DNA of 27,508 nucleotides. It comes from a virus. Taxonomy: Duplodnaviria > Heunggongvirae > Uroviricota > Caudoviricetes. Each line of letters begins with the position of its first letter. Position 1 is the stretch's first letter. Positions 1 through 9,307 of this stretch are shown here, piece by piece. The position numbers were made by a program, and so were the translations under genes. The DNA lies in IMG/VR virus record IMGVR_UViG_2690316076_000006, one strand, 5' to 3'. Below the pieces are notes generated by a model that did not search any database, was not told the DNA's origin, and saw nothing but the letters and a program-made list of their open reading frames with translations.

Positions 1-1362
1 ATGTTTAAACCGGAACTCCTTTCCCCGGCGGGAACGCTGAAAAATATGCGTTACGCTTTCGCTTATGGCGCAGATGCTGTTTATGCGGGCCAGCCGCGTT
101 ACTCCCTGCGTGTGCGCAACAACGAATTCAACCACGAAAATCTTCAGCTCGGCATCAATGAAGCCCACGCGCTGGGGAAAAAGTTTTATGTCGTGGTCAA
201 CATTGCACCGCACAACGCCAAGCTGAAAACCTTTATCCGTGACCTGAAACCGGTGGTGGAAATGGGGCCGGATGCGCTGATTATGTCCGATCCAGGGCTG
301 ATTATGCTGGTGCGTGAGCACTTCCCTGAAATGCCGATCCACCTCTCGGTGCAGGCTAACGCCGTAAACTGGGCGACGGTGAAATTCTGGCAGCAAATGG
401 GCCTGACCCGCGTGATCCTCTCTCGCGAGCTGTCGCTGGAAGAGATTGAAGAGATCCGCAATCAGGTGCCGGATATGGAGATCGAGATCTTCGTTCACGG
501 CGCACTGTGCATGGCCTACTCCGGTCGCTGCCTGCTCTCTGGCTATATCAACAAGCGCGATCCGAACCAGGGTACCTGCACCAACGCCTGCCGCTGGGAG
601 TACAACGTCCAGGAAGGGAAAGAAGATGACGTTGGCAACATCGTACACAAGTACGAGCCGATTCCGGTGCAAAATGTTGAGCCGACGCTGGGTATCGGCG
701 CGCCAACCGACAAAGTGTTTATGATCGAAGAAGCCCAGCGTCCGGGCGAGTATATGACCGCGTTTGAAGATGAGCACGGCACTTACATCATGAACTCGAA
801 AGATCTGCGCGCCATCGCCCATGTAGAACGCCTGACCAAAATGGGCGTGCATTCGCTGAAAATCGAAGGCCGTACTAAATCTTTCTACTATTGCGCACGC
901 ACCGCACAGGTTTACCGTAAAGCTATCGATGACGCCGCTGCGGGCAAACCGTTCGATACCAGCCTGCTGGAAACTCTGGAAGGTCTGGCGCATCGTGGCT
1001 ATACCGAAGGTTTCCTGCGTCGTCATACTCACGACGATTATCAGAACTACGAATACGGTTATTCAGTTTCTGACCGCCAGCAGTTTGTTGGTGAGTTTAC
1101 CGGTGAGCGCAAGGGGGACCTCGCGGCGGTAGCGGTGAAAAATAAATTCTCCGTTGGCGACAGCCTTGAGCTGATGACGCCGCAAGGCAACATTAACTTT
1201 ACCCTTGAGCACATGGAAAACGCCAAAGGTGAAGCGATGCCGGTCGCACCAGGCGATGGTTATACTGTGTGGCTCCCGGTCCCGCAGGATCTTGAGCTCA
1301 ATTACGCTCTGCTGATGCGTAATTTCTCCGGGGAAACCACGCGTAACCCACACGGTAAGTGA
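1..1362 (+). CDS. yegQ: U32-family peptidase-like tRNA hydroxylation protein (YegQ/TrhP), complete 453 aa
   Basis: Full-length ORF from position 1; translation matches my memory of E. coli YegQ (453 aa); chromosomal GC content and codon usage; lies upstream of cyaR as in K-12. Confidence 0.92.
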   Translation: MFKPELLSPAGTLKNMRYAFAYGADAVYAGQPRYSLRVRNNEFNHENLQLGINEAHALGKKFYVVVNIAPHNAKLKTFIRDLKPVVEMGPDALIMSDPGLIMLVREHFPEMPIHLSVQANAVNWATVKFWQQMGLTRVILSRELSLEEIEEIRNQVPDMEIEIFVHGALCMAYSGRCLLSGYINKRDPNQGTCTNACRWEYNVQEGKEDDVGNIVHKYEPIPVQNVEPTLGIGAPTDKVFMIEEAQRPGEYMTAFEDEHGTYIMNSKDLRAIAHVERLTKMGVHSLKIEGRTKSFYYCARTAQVYRKAIDDAAAGKPFDTSLLETLEGLAHRGYTEGFLRRHTHDDYQNYEYGYSVSDRQQFVGEFTGERKGDLAAVAVKNKFSVGDSLELMTPQGNINFTLEHMENAKGEAMPVAPGDGYTVWLPVPQDLELNYALLMRNFSGETTRNPHGK

Positions 1363-1396
1363 TTAATTTCGATTATTTTTCCCGGATGGAAAATTC

Positions 1397-1439
1397 TTAG
1401 AAACCGATCACATACAGCTGCATTTATTAAGGTTATCAT
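1397..1439 (+). promoter_or_regulatory. cyaR promoter: CRP-like site TTAGA-N6-TCACA (1397-1412) and -10 TATCAT (1434-1439)
   Basis: Half-site TCACA at 1408-1412 with an imperfect partner 6 bp upstream, centred about 42 bp before the inferred cyaR 5' end; -10-like hexamer 8-13 bp upstream of 1447. CyaR is known to be CRP-activated. Confidence 0.5.
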
Positions 1440-1446
1440 CCGTTTC

Positions 1447-1533
1447 GCTGAAAAACATAACCCATAAAATGCTAGCTGTACCAGGAACCACCTCCTTAGC
1501 CTGTGTAATCTCCCTTACACGGGCTTATTTTTT
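1447..1533 (+). ncRNA. cyaR: CyaR (RyeE) small regulatory RNA, about 87 nt, ending in its intrinsic terminator
   Basis: Sequence gctgaaaaacataacccataaaatgctagctgtaccaggaaccacctccttagcctgtgtaatctcccttacacgggcttatttttt matches my memory of E. coli CyaR; terminator stem cctgtgtaa/ttacacggg followed by a T6 run. Confidence 0.85.
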
Positions 1534-1534
1534 A
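1507..1534. repeat. att core, left copy (cyaR-proximal/ogr-proximal junction): aatctcccttacacgggcttatttttta
   Basis: Exact 28-bp direct repeat of 26991-27018; reverse complement matches the P2 attP core as I recall it (AAAAAATAAGCCCGTGTAAGGGAGATT); overlaps the cyaR terminator. Confidence 0.88.
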
Positions 1535-1596
1535 CGCGTAATACAATGAAATAAAAGGATTTATTTCTGGTCACGTCCACACATTGACCACATCGA

Positions 1597-1630
1597 CAAA
1601 AAAGCCCCTCGACTGAGGGGCTTTCTGTTT
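1597..1630 (-). terminator. Intrinsic terminator downstream of ogr (possibly bidirectional)
   Basis: 8-bp stem agcccctc/gaggggct (1603-1622) with a 4-nt loop; the minus-strand transcript is followed by a U-run (A-run at 1598-1603 on the plus strand); T-rich on the plus side as well. Confidence 0.6.
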
Positions 1631-1634
1631 GTAA

Positions 1635-1853
1635 TTACATCCACATAATTTGCTGCCCTGACGGCAACGGGTGCGGCCTCACGGCATGGACTTCTCCCGG
1701 CTTCACGATGTATCGCTGTACCGACTCATAAGTGATGAACGTGGCGCTGCAATTCACGTTCTGGCACTGATGATAACGCTCTTTTGTCGTGTCAGTGATA
1801 TAGCGGCTTGTACGCGCATGTGCGGCATGCTGGCATAAAGGACAATGAAACAT
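1635..1853 (-). CDS. ogr: Late gene transcriptional activator Ogr (zinc-finger), 72 aa
   Basis: Translation MFHCPLCQHAAHARTSRYITDTTKERYHQCQNVNC... matches P2 Ogr; the true start is the internal ATG at 1853 of the 93-aa track ORF. Confidence 0.9.
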   Translation of the reverse strand: MFHCPLCQHAAHARTSRYITDTTKERYHQCQNVNCSATFITYESVQRYIVKPGEVHAVRPHPLPSGQQIMWM

Positions 1854-1934
1854 CGCGAGCACCTCTTCCGGTTTTGTTGATGGTGCCATTTTAGTTAATT
1901 TATCCTTATAAAACAAACAGATAAAATAAAAACA

Positions 1935-3098
1935 TCACTCATCATCTTCTGTTTCATACTCCACATCAGAAAGCCTGACCTCAAGCTCTAAGGACGTCGT
2001 GAAGCCGCTATTATTCAGAAAATGTGTCACCTTAGTGATTGTCCAGTCCTGCTCGTCTATGACGCGCTTAAAGCCTGACACTTTAACCGGTGTTTCCGTG
2101 TAAATATCTGCACGACCGGTAGCCAGGATGATGGAGAACTCCGCAACGCCCCGTTGCAGTTTATCCCACTTCGCCTGAGCAGCACGCATGGCCTGTGCTT
2201 TCGTGGCATATACCGTGGTCAGGGCAAAAACGTTGTCAGCCTCACCGGCCATGTATTCACCTTCGCGCGCTTCCGGTACTTTTGGCGCTTTCTTCTGCGT
2301 GACTGGTTTCGCTTTCGGGTGCTCCAGTGCGCGCAGGTGTTTTTCTTTCTTTTTGCGTTTCAGTTTTACCTTCTGCTTTTGCGGCTTCGGGTCTTTGGTG
2401 TGAAGCCACTTTGCCGTTACGCCGGTATAGGCTCCACGGTCAGCAATCGCAAAATGATGGCGGTCGCCGTCGCTGCGGGTTATGGTGACCTGCGGGATTT
2501 TTTTACCGCTGGCCGTCACCCCCTGCCCCGCTTTGAGAAACAACAGTTTTCCCATTTTTACCGAGACCTCACCGCCGTTGCGTTCTGCAAGACGGGTCAG
2601 GAATTTCGCATCAGACTCCTGCGACTGGTCGATGTGCGGGATTTTAATTCCGGCCAGTGACGGAGCGACACTGGCTTCCAGCCTGTTACGGGAGGCTATC
2701 GCCTCAACAATCGCACCGAGCGTGGTGTCATGCCAGGAGCCTTCCCGGCGGGAATTGAGCGTCCCGCGAAAATCTGCACTCCGGGCGCGGATGGTGACCA
2801 CATCCGGAGCGCCCCGGTGTTCAACCTCATCAACGGTAAATTTCCCTTTGCATACCAGGGCAAAACCTTTCCAGCCGATATAAACCGTCAGGACAGCGCC
2901 ACGAACCGGCAGCCCGACCTGCCCGTCGGCATCGTTCAGTTCAATATCAAGCTGGTCAGCCTCAAAGCCCCGGTTATCCGTCAGGGTCATACTCATCAGA
3001 CGGTCGCTGATATTGCCGGTAATATCCCTGCTGTCGAGCATCAGCATGTAATCCGGCGTCAGCGTACTGCCTGCATCAAATGTCAGCGCATCCAGCAT
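1935..3098 (-). CDS. D: Tail protein gpD, 387 aa
   Basis: Length and position (between U and ogr) match P2 gpD; start codon overlaps the U stop (ATGA). Confidence 0.9.
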   Translation of the reverse strand: MLDALTFDAGSTLTPDYMLMLDSRDITGNISDRLMSMTLTDNRGFEADQLDIELNDADGQVGLPVRGAVLTVYIGWKGFALVCKGKFTVDEVEHRGAPDVVTIRARSADFRGTLNSRREGSWHDTTLGAIVEAIASRNRLEASVAPSLAGIKIPHIDQSQESDAKFLTRLAERNGGEVSVKMGKLLFLKAGQGVTASGKKIPQVTITRSDGDRHHFAIADRGAYTGVTAKWLHTKDPKPQKQKVKLKRKKKEKHLRALEHPKAKPVTQKKAPKVPEAREGEYMAGEADNVFALTTVYATKAQAMRAAQAKWDKLQRGVAEFSIILATGRADIYTETPVKVSGFKRVIDEQDWTITKVTHFLNNSGFTTSLELEVRLSDVEYETEDDE

Positions 3099-3577
3099 TA
3101 TCCCGCCCCCGTCATACCCGTGAATTTAGTCGCCATACTGCCAGCCTTACCGATGAGCGATTCCGCCTGTTTACCGATATCGCCATAAAGCGCGGCCAGT
3201 GATTCATCAACGCGGGTGAGTGACAGCGTAAAATCAATTTTCCGGGGTGTGCCGTCTGCAAAGAAAATACTCCCTGTTTCACTCACCTTGCTGATGACAT
3301 ACATGCCGTAAATCATGCCGGTGCCATCCAGCAACGGCCACGCCCGGCCTTCCTCTGCCATCAGCCTGAGCGTGGTCATCGTCAGCTTGCCTCCGGTCAG
3401 TTCGGGATAAAGCACGCCGGCAAGCGTAATGTTTTCCTCACCCACACCGAGAAACTGAAAGGCATCCCGTTTACCGATACGGGAATTTGACGGCCAGCGA
3501 TAATCTGATTCACGCTGCATGGTCTGGTGTGGCAGCGTCTGGCGCATAAAAACAAACATACCTAACGCGAGCATCAT
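3098..3577 (-). CDS. U: Tail protein gpU, 159 aa
   Basis: Length and synteny match P2 gpU, immediately downstream of the tape measure gene. Confidence 0.9.
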   Translation of the reverse strand: MMLALGMFVFMRQTLPHQTMQRESDYRWPSNSRIGKRDAFQFLGVGEENITLAGVLYPELTGGKLTMTTLRLMAEEGRAWPLLDGTGMIYGMYVISKVSETGSIFFADGTPRKIDFTLSLTRVDESLAALYGDIGKQAESLIGKAGSMATKFTGMTGAG

Positions 3578-3591
3578 TTTTCGTCACCTCC

Positions 3592-6039
3592 TTAACCGTC
3601 ATGCATCATGCTGGCACGGGCGCGCGCACGTTTATCCCGCTCGTATTTTTCGAGCGCATCCTGTAACTGGCGGTCGAGCTGAGTCCCCGGCGCAGTACCG
3701 CCCGTCAGACTGATGTGATATTCGTTTTTACTCTGGTCCACATAAGAGCGGCCAGCCGGTGCCGTAACCGGCTGATAAGCCTGATAGCCTGCATAAGAGC
3801 TGGTCGCCGGAATATAACCACCGGTGCCATACGTGGCGGCATGAGTTCTGGCGGCGGTCTGGTCAAGTGTGTCTGACTCTTTGTTGATAACACCGAGTTT
3901 TTCCAGTACCCAGTCAATACCACTGCGCAGTTTGTTGAACGCATTAAGCGGCAGCATCAACGCGTCAGCCAGTGCCTGCCCGAACATGACGCCCGTGTCA
4001 CGGCAACGGTTCAGGGTGTCCTGGGTGGCTTTGACCGGGGCAATCAGGTTTTTAAACCACTGCCACGCGGCCTGTAACTTTTCACCCAGCCAGTCAAACA
4101 CCGGTTTAAGTGGCGTGAACAGTTCCCCCACCGGCGCAAATGCCGCTTTCAGCCCTTCAATCACACCGCCAAAAAATGCGCTGACAGGCTCCCAGTATTT
4201 ACGGATAAGTAACGCCCCGGCGACAATGGCGGCCACCACGGCCACAACCGGCCAGCTAATCGCTCCGATGGCGGTCATAACAGCACTGCCAACCGTCGTG
4301 AAGATTGCCCCCATTGCGCCTGCTGCCGCGATGATGGCATTGATGCCGGTGATAACCGGCCAGGCTACGAGGCCAATGGCACCGATGACACCAATCAGTG
4401 CCAGTGCACCACCGACAATAAGTCCGATGGTTGACGCCAGTGATTTGTTTTTCTGGATCCAGCCGTCGAGTTTTAACACATACTTTGTGGCCGTCTGCGT
4501 GAGCTTACGCAGTGCGCCTTCCTGCTGGTCAAACAGGTCAGTCCCCACCGCCTCATAAGCGGACTGAAACTCTTTAAAGTCACCGCCGAGGTTGTCCTGC
4601 ATGATATTTACCAGCTCGGCGGTCTTCCCGTCTGAGGCTTTAAACGCAGCGGTCAGTTTGTCCAGCTTTCCGGTTGAGGCGGCAGTCATCAGCACGGCGG
4701 CGGCTGAGCTGGCCTCCTCCCCGAAAATGGTTTTCATGTATTCAGCCTGCTGGGCAGTACCGAGCTGGTTTTTCTCAAAACTGGCCTGCATTTCTTTCAG
4801 AATGGTAAATACTGGTCGGGTATTCCCCTTACTGTCTGAGGTTTTTACGCCAAGCTCTTTGAGTGCATCCCATGCTTTTCCCGTTGGTGCCTGCAGGCGA
4901 CTTAACACGGCACGGCTTCCCGTCCCCGCCATTGAGCCTGTGATTTTTGCATCATGCAGCGCCCCGACCATTGCAGCGGTTTCTTCAATGCTGACACCGG
5001 CATTTTTTGCCACAGGTGCGGCATAGGTCAGCGCATCGCTCATGCCGTCAAAATCGGCGGCGGTTTTGTTCATCGTCATGGAGAGAACATCCCCGATATG
5101 AGCGATCTTATCGTTTGAAAGCTGAAAGGCGGATTTCATCCCCATCAACAGGGCGGCGTTTTCTTCCATCGTGCGACGGTTCGCCAGCGCCATATTCAGC
5201 GTGACCGGCGTTGCCGCCTGAATGGCATCAACATCCCCACCGGCTTTTGCAATAATAATCTGCGCACCGGCTGCATCATCTGCCGAGGCTGCGGTATTGT
5301 CGCCGAGCTGACGCGCCTGCTTGCGTAGTGCAGCCATTTCGGCGGAGTCTTTTGCCACACCGAGCACAGCCTGTAATTCTGAGTTTTTCTGCGCAAATTC
5401 ATAACCGGGCATCAGCAGCTTAACACCGGCCATCGTTCCCGCCGCCGCAATCCCCACACCGGCAGCGCCCACTGAGGCCATATTTCCGGCCAGCTCCTTT
5501 CCTGCCTGATAACGCTGTTTTACTGCGTTAAGTTTTGCCTGTTGCGCACTGACACGCGTCAGCGCGTCACGCTGCCGGTTAAGCTGTGCGGTGGTTTCAC
5601 TGATACGGTTTTTCAGCCCCTGCTCATCATGTGCAAGATTGCGGGTATTAATTCCCACAGCGGCCAGTTCCCGCTGCTGGCGTTTAACGGAATCCGTCAG
5701 GCGGTTATATTTCGCCTGTAAGTCCTCCGCCGCACGCTTTGCGGATTCCAGCACTTTCGCCTGAGCACGGGTCGGACGTTCAGTGTTTTTAAACTGTGTT
5801 GCAAGGGCTTCGGCCTCCTGCCGTGCCTTTTCAAGTGCATGACCAGTCACGGCAAGCTGTGCACTGGTCTTGCGGAATCCCTCAATACGGGATGCCTGCC
5901 CGTTCAGCTCGCGCAGTGATTTTTGTGTTTCCCGGATATCCCCCGACAGCGACTTACTCGCTGTGCGGATGGATTTAAACGGGCGGGATGCCTGGTCAAC
6001 AGCCCTGAGCAATACCTGTAATTTTACATTGTTACTCAT
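3592..6039 (-). CDS. T: Tail tape measure protein gpT, 815 aa
   Basis: 815 aa as in P2 gpT; Ala/Gly-rich, coiled-coil-rich N-terminal region with a hydrophobic central segment typical of tape measure proteins. Confidence 0.92.
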   Translation of the reverse strand: MSNNVKLQVLLRAVDQASRPFKSIRTASKSLSGDIRETQKSLRELNGQASRIEGFRKTSAQLAVTGHALEKARQEAEALATQFKNTERPTRAQAKVLESAKRAAEDLQAKYNRLTDSVKRQQRELAAVGINTRNLAHDEQGLKNRISETTAQLNRQRDALTRVSAQQAKLNAVKQRYQAGKELAGNMASVGAAGVGIAAAGTMAGVKLLMPGYEFAQKNSELQAVLGVAKDSAEMAALRKQARQLGDNTAASADDAAGAQIIIAKAGGDVDAIQAATPVTLNMALANRRTMEENAALLMGMKSAFQLSNDKIAHIGDVLSMTMNKTAADFDGMSDALTYAAPVAKNAGVSIEETAAMVGALHDAKITGSMAGTGSRAVLSRLQAPTGKAWDALKELGVKTSDSKGNTRPVFTILKEMQASFEKNQLGTAQQAEYMKTIFGEEASSAAAVLMTAASTGKLDKLTAAFKASDGKTAELVNIMQDNLGGDFKEFQSAYEAVGTDLFDQQEGALRKLTQTATKYVLKLDGWIQKNKSLASTIGLIVGGALALIGVIGAIGLVAWPVITGINAIIAAAGAMGAIFTTVGSAVMTAIGAISWPVVAVVAAIVAGALLIRKYWEPVSAFFGGVIEGLKAAFAPVGELFTPLKPVFDWLGEKLQAAWQWFKNLIAPVKATQDTLNRCRDTGVMFGQALADALMLPLNAFNKLRSGIDWVLEKLGVINKESDTLDQTAARTHAATYGTGGYIPATSSYAGYQAYQPVTAPAGRSYVDQSKNEYHISLTGGTAPGTQLDRQLQDALEKYERDKRARARASMMHDG

Positions 6040-6459
6040 TCGTGTTTCCGCTTCGCCTGAGCGCCTTTTCGCGCCATGTGATGAGTTCGGTCAGGCTCAT
6101 GGGATACAGTTCTGATGGCGGCCAGTGAAATACCACTGCCACATCCGCCATCAGGTCATCGACCGAGAGATTTTTCGGAAACGTCACTGCACCGAGTTCG
6201 GCGACAAAAAACCGACCACCTTACCGGCCAGCGCCACAAGGTCAGGCAGTTCCAGCGCGGCGACTTCCTGCTCGGTCAGCATCGGTGCCGTCATGCGCGG
6301 CAGCACCTTAATCAGTGCATCGACTTCGGAGTTCGCGACCGCTGCCAGACTAACACCGCGCAGCGTCCCGGCATTGGGTTTCATCAGCGTGACCTGTTCG
6401 ATAACCTGCTCACCACGTTTGACCGGATTGTCCAGGGTAATGACATTTTCTTTGTTCAT
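6032..6459 (-). CDS. gpE+E' programmed -1 frameshift product, about 142 aa; slippery site TTTTTTG at 6205-6211 (minus strand)
   Basis: Hand translation of the -1 frame after the T_TTT_TTG heptamer gives an open frame (VAELGAVTFPKNLSVDDLMADVAVVFHWPPSELYPMSLTELITWREKALRRSGKHNE) ending at TAA 6032-6034, overlapping the T start; 142 aa total matches P2 E+E'. Confidence 0.75.
6184..6459 (-). CDS. E: Tail assembly chaperone gpE, 91 aa
   Basis: 91-aa ORF between FII and T as in P2; contains the slippery heptamer near its 3' end. Confidence 0.88.
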   Translation of the reverse strand: MNKENVITLDNPVKRGEQVIEQVTLMKPNAGTLRGVSLAAVANSEVDALIKVLPRMTAPMLTEQEVAALELPDLVALAGKVVGFLSPNSVQ

Positions 6460-6514
6460 GGTTTTCTCACTTCTGAATCGGGGTTACCGGTCAGCCTGGC
6501 TGACCGGATGAAAA

Positions 6515-7033
6515 TCACAGGCCGATATTGCGGCGGTGTTGCTCCAGTCGGTCGACGCCGTTCACCTTCTCAATCATGTTGATGGTGTCAATTTCGACCA
6601 GCTCCTTACCGTCCATCGTCAGCCGGAAATAGGTGCAGACCACGGAGATTTTCGACTCGGTGTCTTCTCCCTGTTTACCCTCGCCGGTGTCGATTTCTTT
6701 CTGACGTCCACGCATGACCACTTCAACGGCCACCGTTTCGCCGGTATCGTCACGCTGGTAAGAGCCTGCAAAACGAATCGGCACAGCATCCACACCGGTT
6801 GCGGCGTAAAGCTCCCAGATAACCGAATCAGGGAAACCACCGAGCGACCACTCCATTGACAGCGCATCGTCATCAAGGCCGAGGTCTACCGGTGCGCTGC
6901 CGTTCATCCCCGCACCGCGATAGTTTTCGAGTTTACGGGTCAGTTTTGGCAGCGTGACGGACTTTGCAACGCCCTGATAGCTGTAGCCGTTCAGAAAGAC
7001 GTTCATTAACTTGAGTTTGCGCGGCATTGCCAT
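6515..7033 (-). CDS. FII: Tail tube protein gpFII, 172 aa
   Basis: Length and synteny match P2 FII. Confidence 0.92.
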   Translation of the reverse strand: MAMPRKLKLMNVFLNGYSYQGVAKSVTLPKLTRKLENYRGAGMNGSAPVDLGLDDDALSMEWSLGGFPDSVIWELYAATGVDAVPIRFAGSYQRDDTGETVAVEVVMRGRQKEIDTGEGKQGEDTESKISVVCTYFRLTMDGKELVEIDTINMIEKVNGVDRLEQHRRNIGL

Positions 7034-7045
7034 CGGTCAGGCTCC

Positions 7046-8236
7046 TTAATTGCTGTTAACCGAGGTGACCAGATTTGCCAGGTATTTATCGGTAATACGC
7101 TGGCGCAGGGTCAGGTTTTCGAGAGGAGGCACCGGGGTATAGTCGTAGTCGATATACAGTTTTCCGGCCTTGAGGGTTTCCGCATCGTTGGATTCTTCGC
7201 TGAACCAGCAGGTCGCATCCACGATATAGCCGTTTGTTTTCAGCTCACGGAATTTGGCATTGATGCCGTCAACGATGTCGCGAATCAGCGTTGCGGTGAT
7301 GGGCTTGTCCACCGCCCACATGTGCGCCTCAGCCATCGTATCGGCCAGCACCTGCGCGGTGCGGGTGTAGTTTTCAAAGAGGAACAGCGGGTCATCAGAG
7401 CAGGTACGGTTACCCCAGAAGCGGAAACCATCACGGCGAATCAGCGTTGTGACACCTGACTCATTCAGCAGGTCAGCATCGGTGCCGGACTCCTGCAAAT
7501 CCCAGAATACAGAGGCACTGATGCCGGTAACACCGTTTACCCCGACATTGGACAGCGTTTTATGCCAGCCCTGCTCCTGGTCGATTTTAGCGCGCAGACC
7601 CAGCGCACGGGCGGTGGCATACGCGGTGGCGGTGGTGCTGCTGACCGTATCCCATGCGAGGAAATCCGGCCAGATGACCATCAGCTCACGCTGGCTGAAA
7701 TTCTGGCGGTAGGCTTTCACCTCGGAAATGGTTTTACAGCCCCATGCGCTGATATACCCGAAAGCGCGCAGCTTCTGACAGACTGATGCCAGTGCAACAG
7801 CCACCTCTTTGGTGTCCAGTCCCGGCACGCCGAGAATACGCGGTTTAACACCGGTTACCGACTCTGCCGCCAGCAGGGCTTTCAGTCCGGTATACTGACC
7901 GTTTTCGTCAGTGGTGCCGATGATATTGGAAACGGTCTGCGCGAGTTTCGTTTCTTCGTCGTCGCCGGTGCCGTCTTCAACACGCACGACAACGGTAACC
8001 GGTTTTGACTGGTCAGCGATGGCCTGCAACGATGCCGCCAGCGTGCCTTTTTTACCGGCCTTTGCAATTGCGCTCTGCACATTGGTAATCAGCACCGGTT
8101 TATTGAGGGGGAAGGTTTCCGCATCCGCATCGCTGGCCGTACAGACCATGCCGACAATGGCAGTGGATACGGTGGAAATGACGCGGGTGCCGTCGTTAAT
8201 CTCCAGCACCTGCACGCCGTGATGATAGTCACTCAT
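7046..8236 (-). CDS. FI: Contractile tail sheath protein gpFI, 396 aa
   Basis: Length and synteny match P2 FI. Confidence 0.92.
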   Translation of the reverse strand: MSDYHHGVQVLEINDGTRVISTVSTAIVGMVCTASDADAETFPLNKPVLITNVQSAIAKAGKKGTLAASLQAIADQSKPVTVVVRVEDGTGDDEETKLAQTVSNIIGTTDENGQYTGLKALLAAESVTGVKPRILGVPGLDTKEVAVALASVCQKLRAFGYISAWGCKTISEVKAYRQNFSQRELMVIWPDFLAWDTVSSTTATAYATARALGLRAKIDQEQGWHKTLSNVGVNGVTGISASVFWDLQESGTDADLLNESGVTTLIRRDGFRFWGNRTCSDDPLFLFENYTRTAQVLADTMAEAHMWAVDKPITATLIRDIVDGINAKFRELKTNGYIVDATCWFSEESNDAETLKAGKLYIDYDYTPVPPLENLTLRQRITDKYLANLVTSVNSN

Positions 8237-8295
8237 CCGTTTAACTCCGTGGTTAATGGGTGAGTGATATTTTCAGTTGTGCCGGAGATGTCAGG

Positions 8296-8889
8296 CTATT
8301 TGTCCCGGTTGGCTAAGGGATGACACAATTTGTTCTTTGTCGCTGATGAGGGGAATTTTTTATAGAGCGTGGACAGGCCAATATCAAAAATCAGCGCCAC
8401 GCGTTGACGTGATTCACCCGCAGCCAGCAACCGTCCTGCCTGTTCCCACTCACTCGCGGTGAGCTTCGGACGTCTGCCACCAATACGACCTTTGGCTCTG
8501 GCCGCTTCCAGTCCGGCGCGAGTCCGCTCAACAATGAGTTCTCGCTCCATTTCAGCCAGGGCACCCATCACATGAAAGAAAAAACGCCCCATCGGCGTGC
8601 TGGTATCAATGGCATCCGTCAGGCTGCGAAAATTAATGCCGCGTTCGCGCAGCTCCTCAACCAGAATGACCAGATGCCGCATACTACGCCCCAGCCGGTC
8701 CAGCTTCCAGACTACCAGTGTATCCCCCTCCGATAATGTCCTGAGCAGTTTTTTCAGCCCCGGCCTGTCGGACTTCGTGCCGCTGATTTTATCCTCAAAA
8801 ATCAGCTCACATCCTGCGCACTCCAGCGCGTTACGCTGCAATTCCGTGTTCTGGTCATTTGTTGACACGCGTACATAGCCAATAAGCAT
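8296..8889 (-). CDS. Serine-recombinase DNA invertase (Gin/Pin/Cin/Hin family), about 197 aa
   Basis: Translation MLIGYVRVSTNDQNTELQRNALECAGCE...GDTLVVWKLDRLGRSMRHL...PMGRFFFHVMGALAEMERELIVERT closely resembles Gin/Pin, with the catalytic serine in the YVRVS motif; start taken at the second ATG (8889), which has AGGGG 6 nt upstream. Confidence 0.9.
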   Translation of the reverse strand: MLIGYVRVSTNDQNTELQRNALECAGCELIFEDKISGTKSDRPGLKKLLRTLSEGDTLVVWKLDRLGRSMRHLVILVEELRERGINFRSLTDAIDTSTPMGRFFFHVMGALAEMERELIVERTRAGLEAARAKGRIGGRRPKLTASEWEQAGRLLAAGESRQRVALIFDIGLSTLYKKFPSSATKNKLCHPLANRDK

Positions 8890-8944
8890 GAGCATCCCCC
8901 TGAATAAAAACCGGAGATGATGCCAGTTGCCCGTTATCTCTGCA

Positions 8945-8970
8945 TTTTCATAAACGTTGGTTTGGGGGAA
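8945..8970. repeat. Invertase crossover site, left (gix/pix-like 26 bp): ttttcataaacgttggtttgggggaa
   Basis: 21 of 26 positions identical to the reverse complement of the site at 10751-10776; resembles gix/hix sites; next to the invertase gene and encoding the GLGE motif of the tail fibre. Confidence 0.7.
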
Positions 8971-9306
8971 TTGGCTCTGGCTGGCGCAACAACCGGCGCT
9001 ATGTTGGTGAATGGGTATGTAGCAATTCCATTAATTATTTCTGGCGTTCGGAGACCACTTATTATCCAGTGGGGAGTGGGGCAGTTTGGGGGAAGTCTGG
9101 GGGATGATGCGGGATATTTAAACAATTTCCCTTTCGCTTTTCCGTCGGCGTGCTACGTGATGGTTGCCAGCCACGTGGGGCATACACCTTCGGGTGCCGG
9201 AATACTATCTGCTTCCGCAATCACAAAAAGCGGCTTTCGTGGTTTTTCCAGCGTAGTGACTGCCGCAAATCCTGTATCGGGCTGTTATGTTGCTATAGGA
9301 GGGTGA
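8947..9306 (+). CDS. Alternative (currently silent) tail-fibre C-terminal variable cassette Hv'
   Basis: Open frame runs through the crossover site (FINVGLGELALAGATTGAM...) to a stop at 9306; it shares the GLGE junction motif with H and would be fused to the constant part of H after inversion. The track ORF extends to an upstream ATG at 8917. Confidence 0.6.
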   Translation, partial: FINVGLGELALAGATTGAMLVNGYVAIPLIISGVRRPLIIQWGVGQFGGSLGDDAGYLNNFPFAFPSACYVMVASHVGHTPSGAGILSASAITKSGFRGFSSVVTAANPVSGCYVAIGG

Positions 9307-9307
9307 T

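Noticed and set aside
3869-5026. Plus-strand ORFs of 144-229 aa antisense to the tape measure gene
   Set aside because: They lie entirely within gpT on the opposite strand and are Ala/Ser/Thr/Pro-rich as expected from reading a GC-rich Ala-rich gene in antisense; no independent support.
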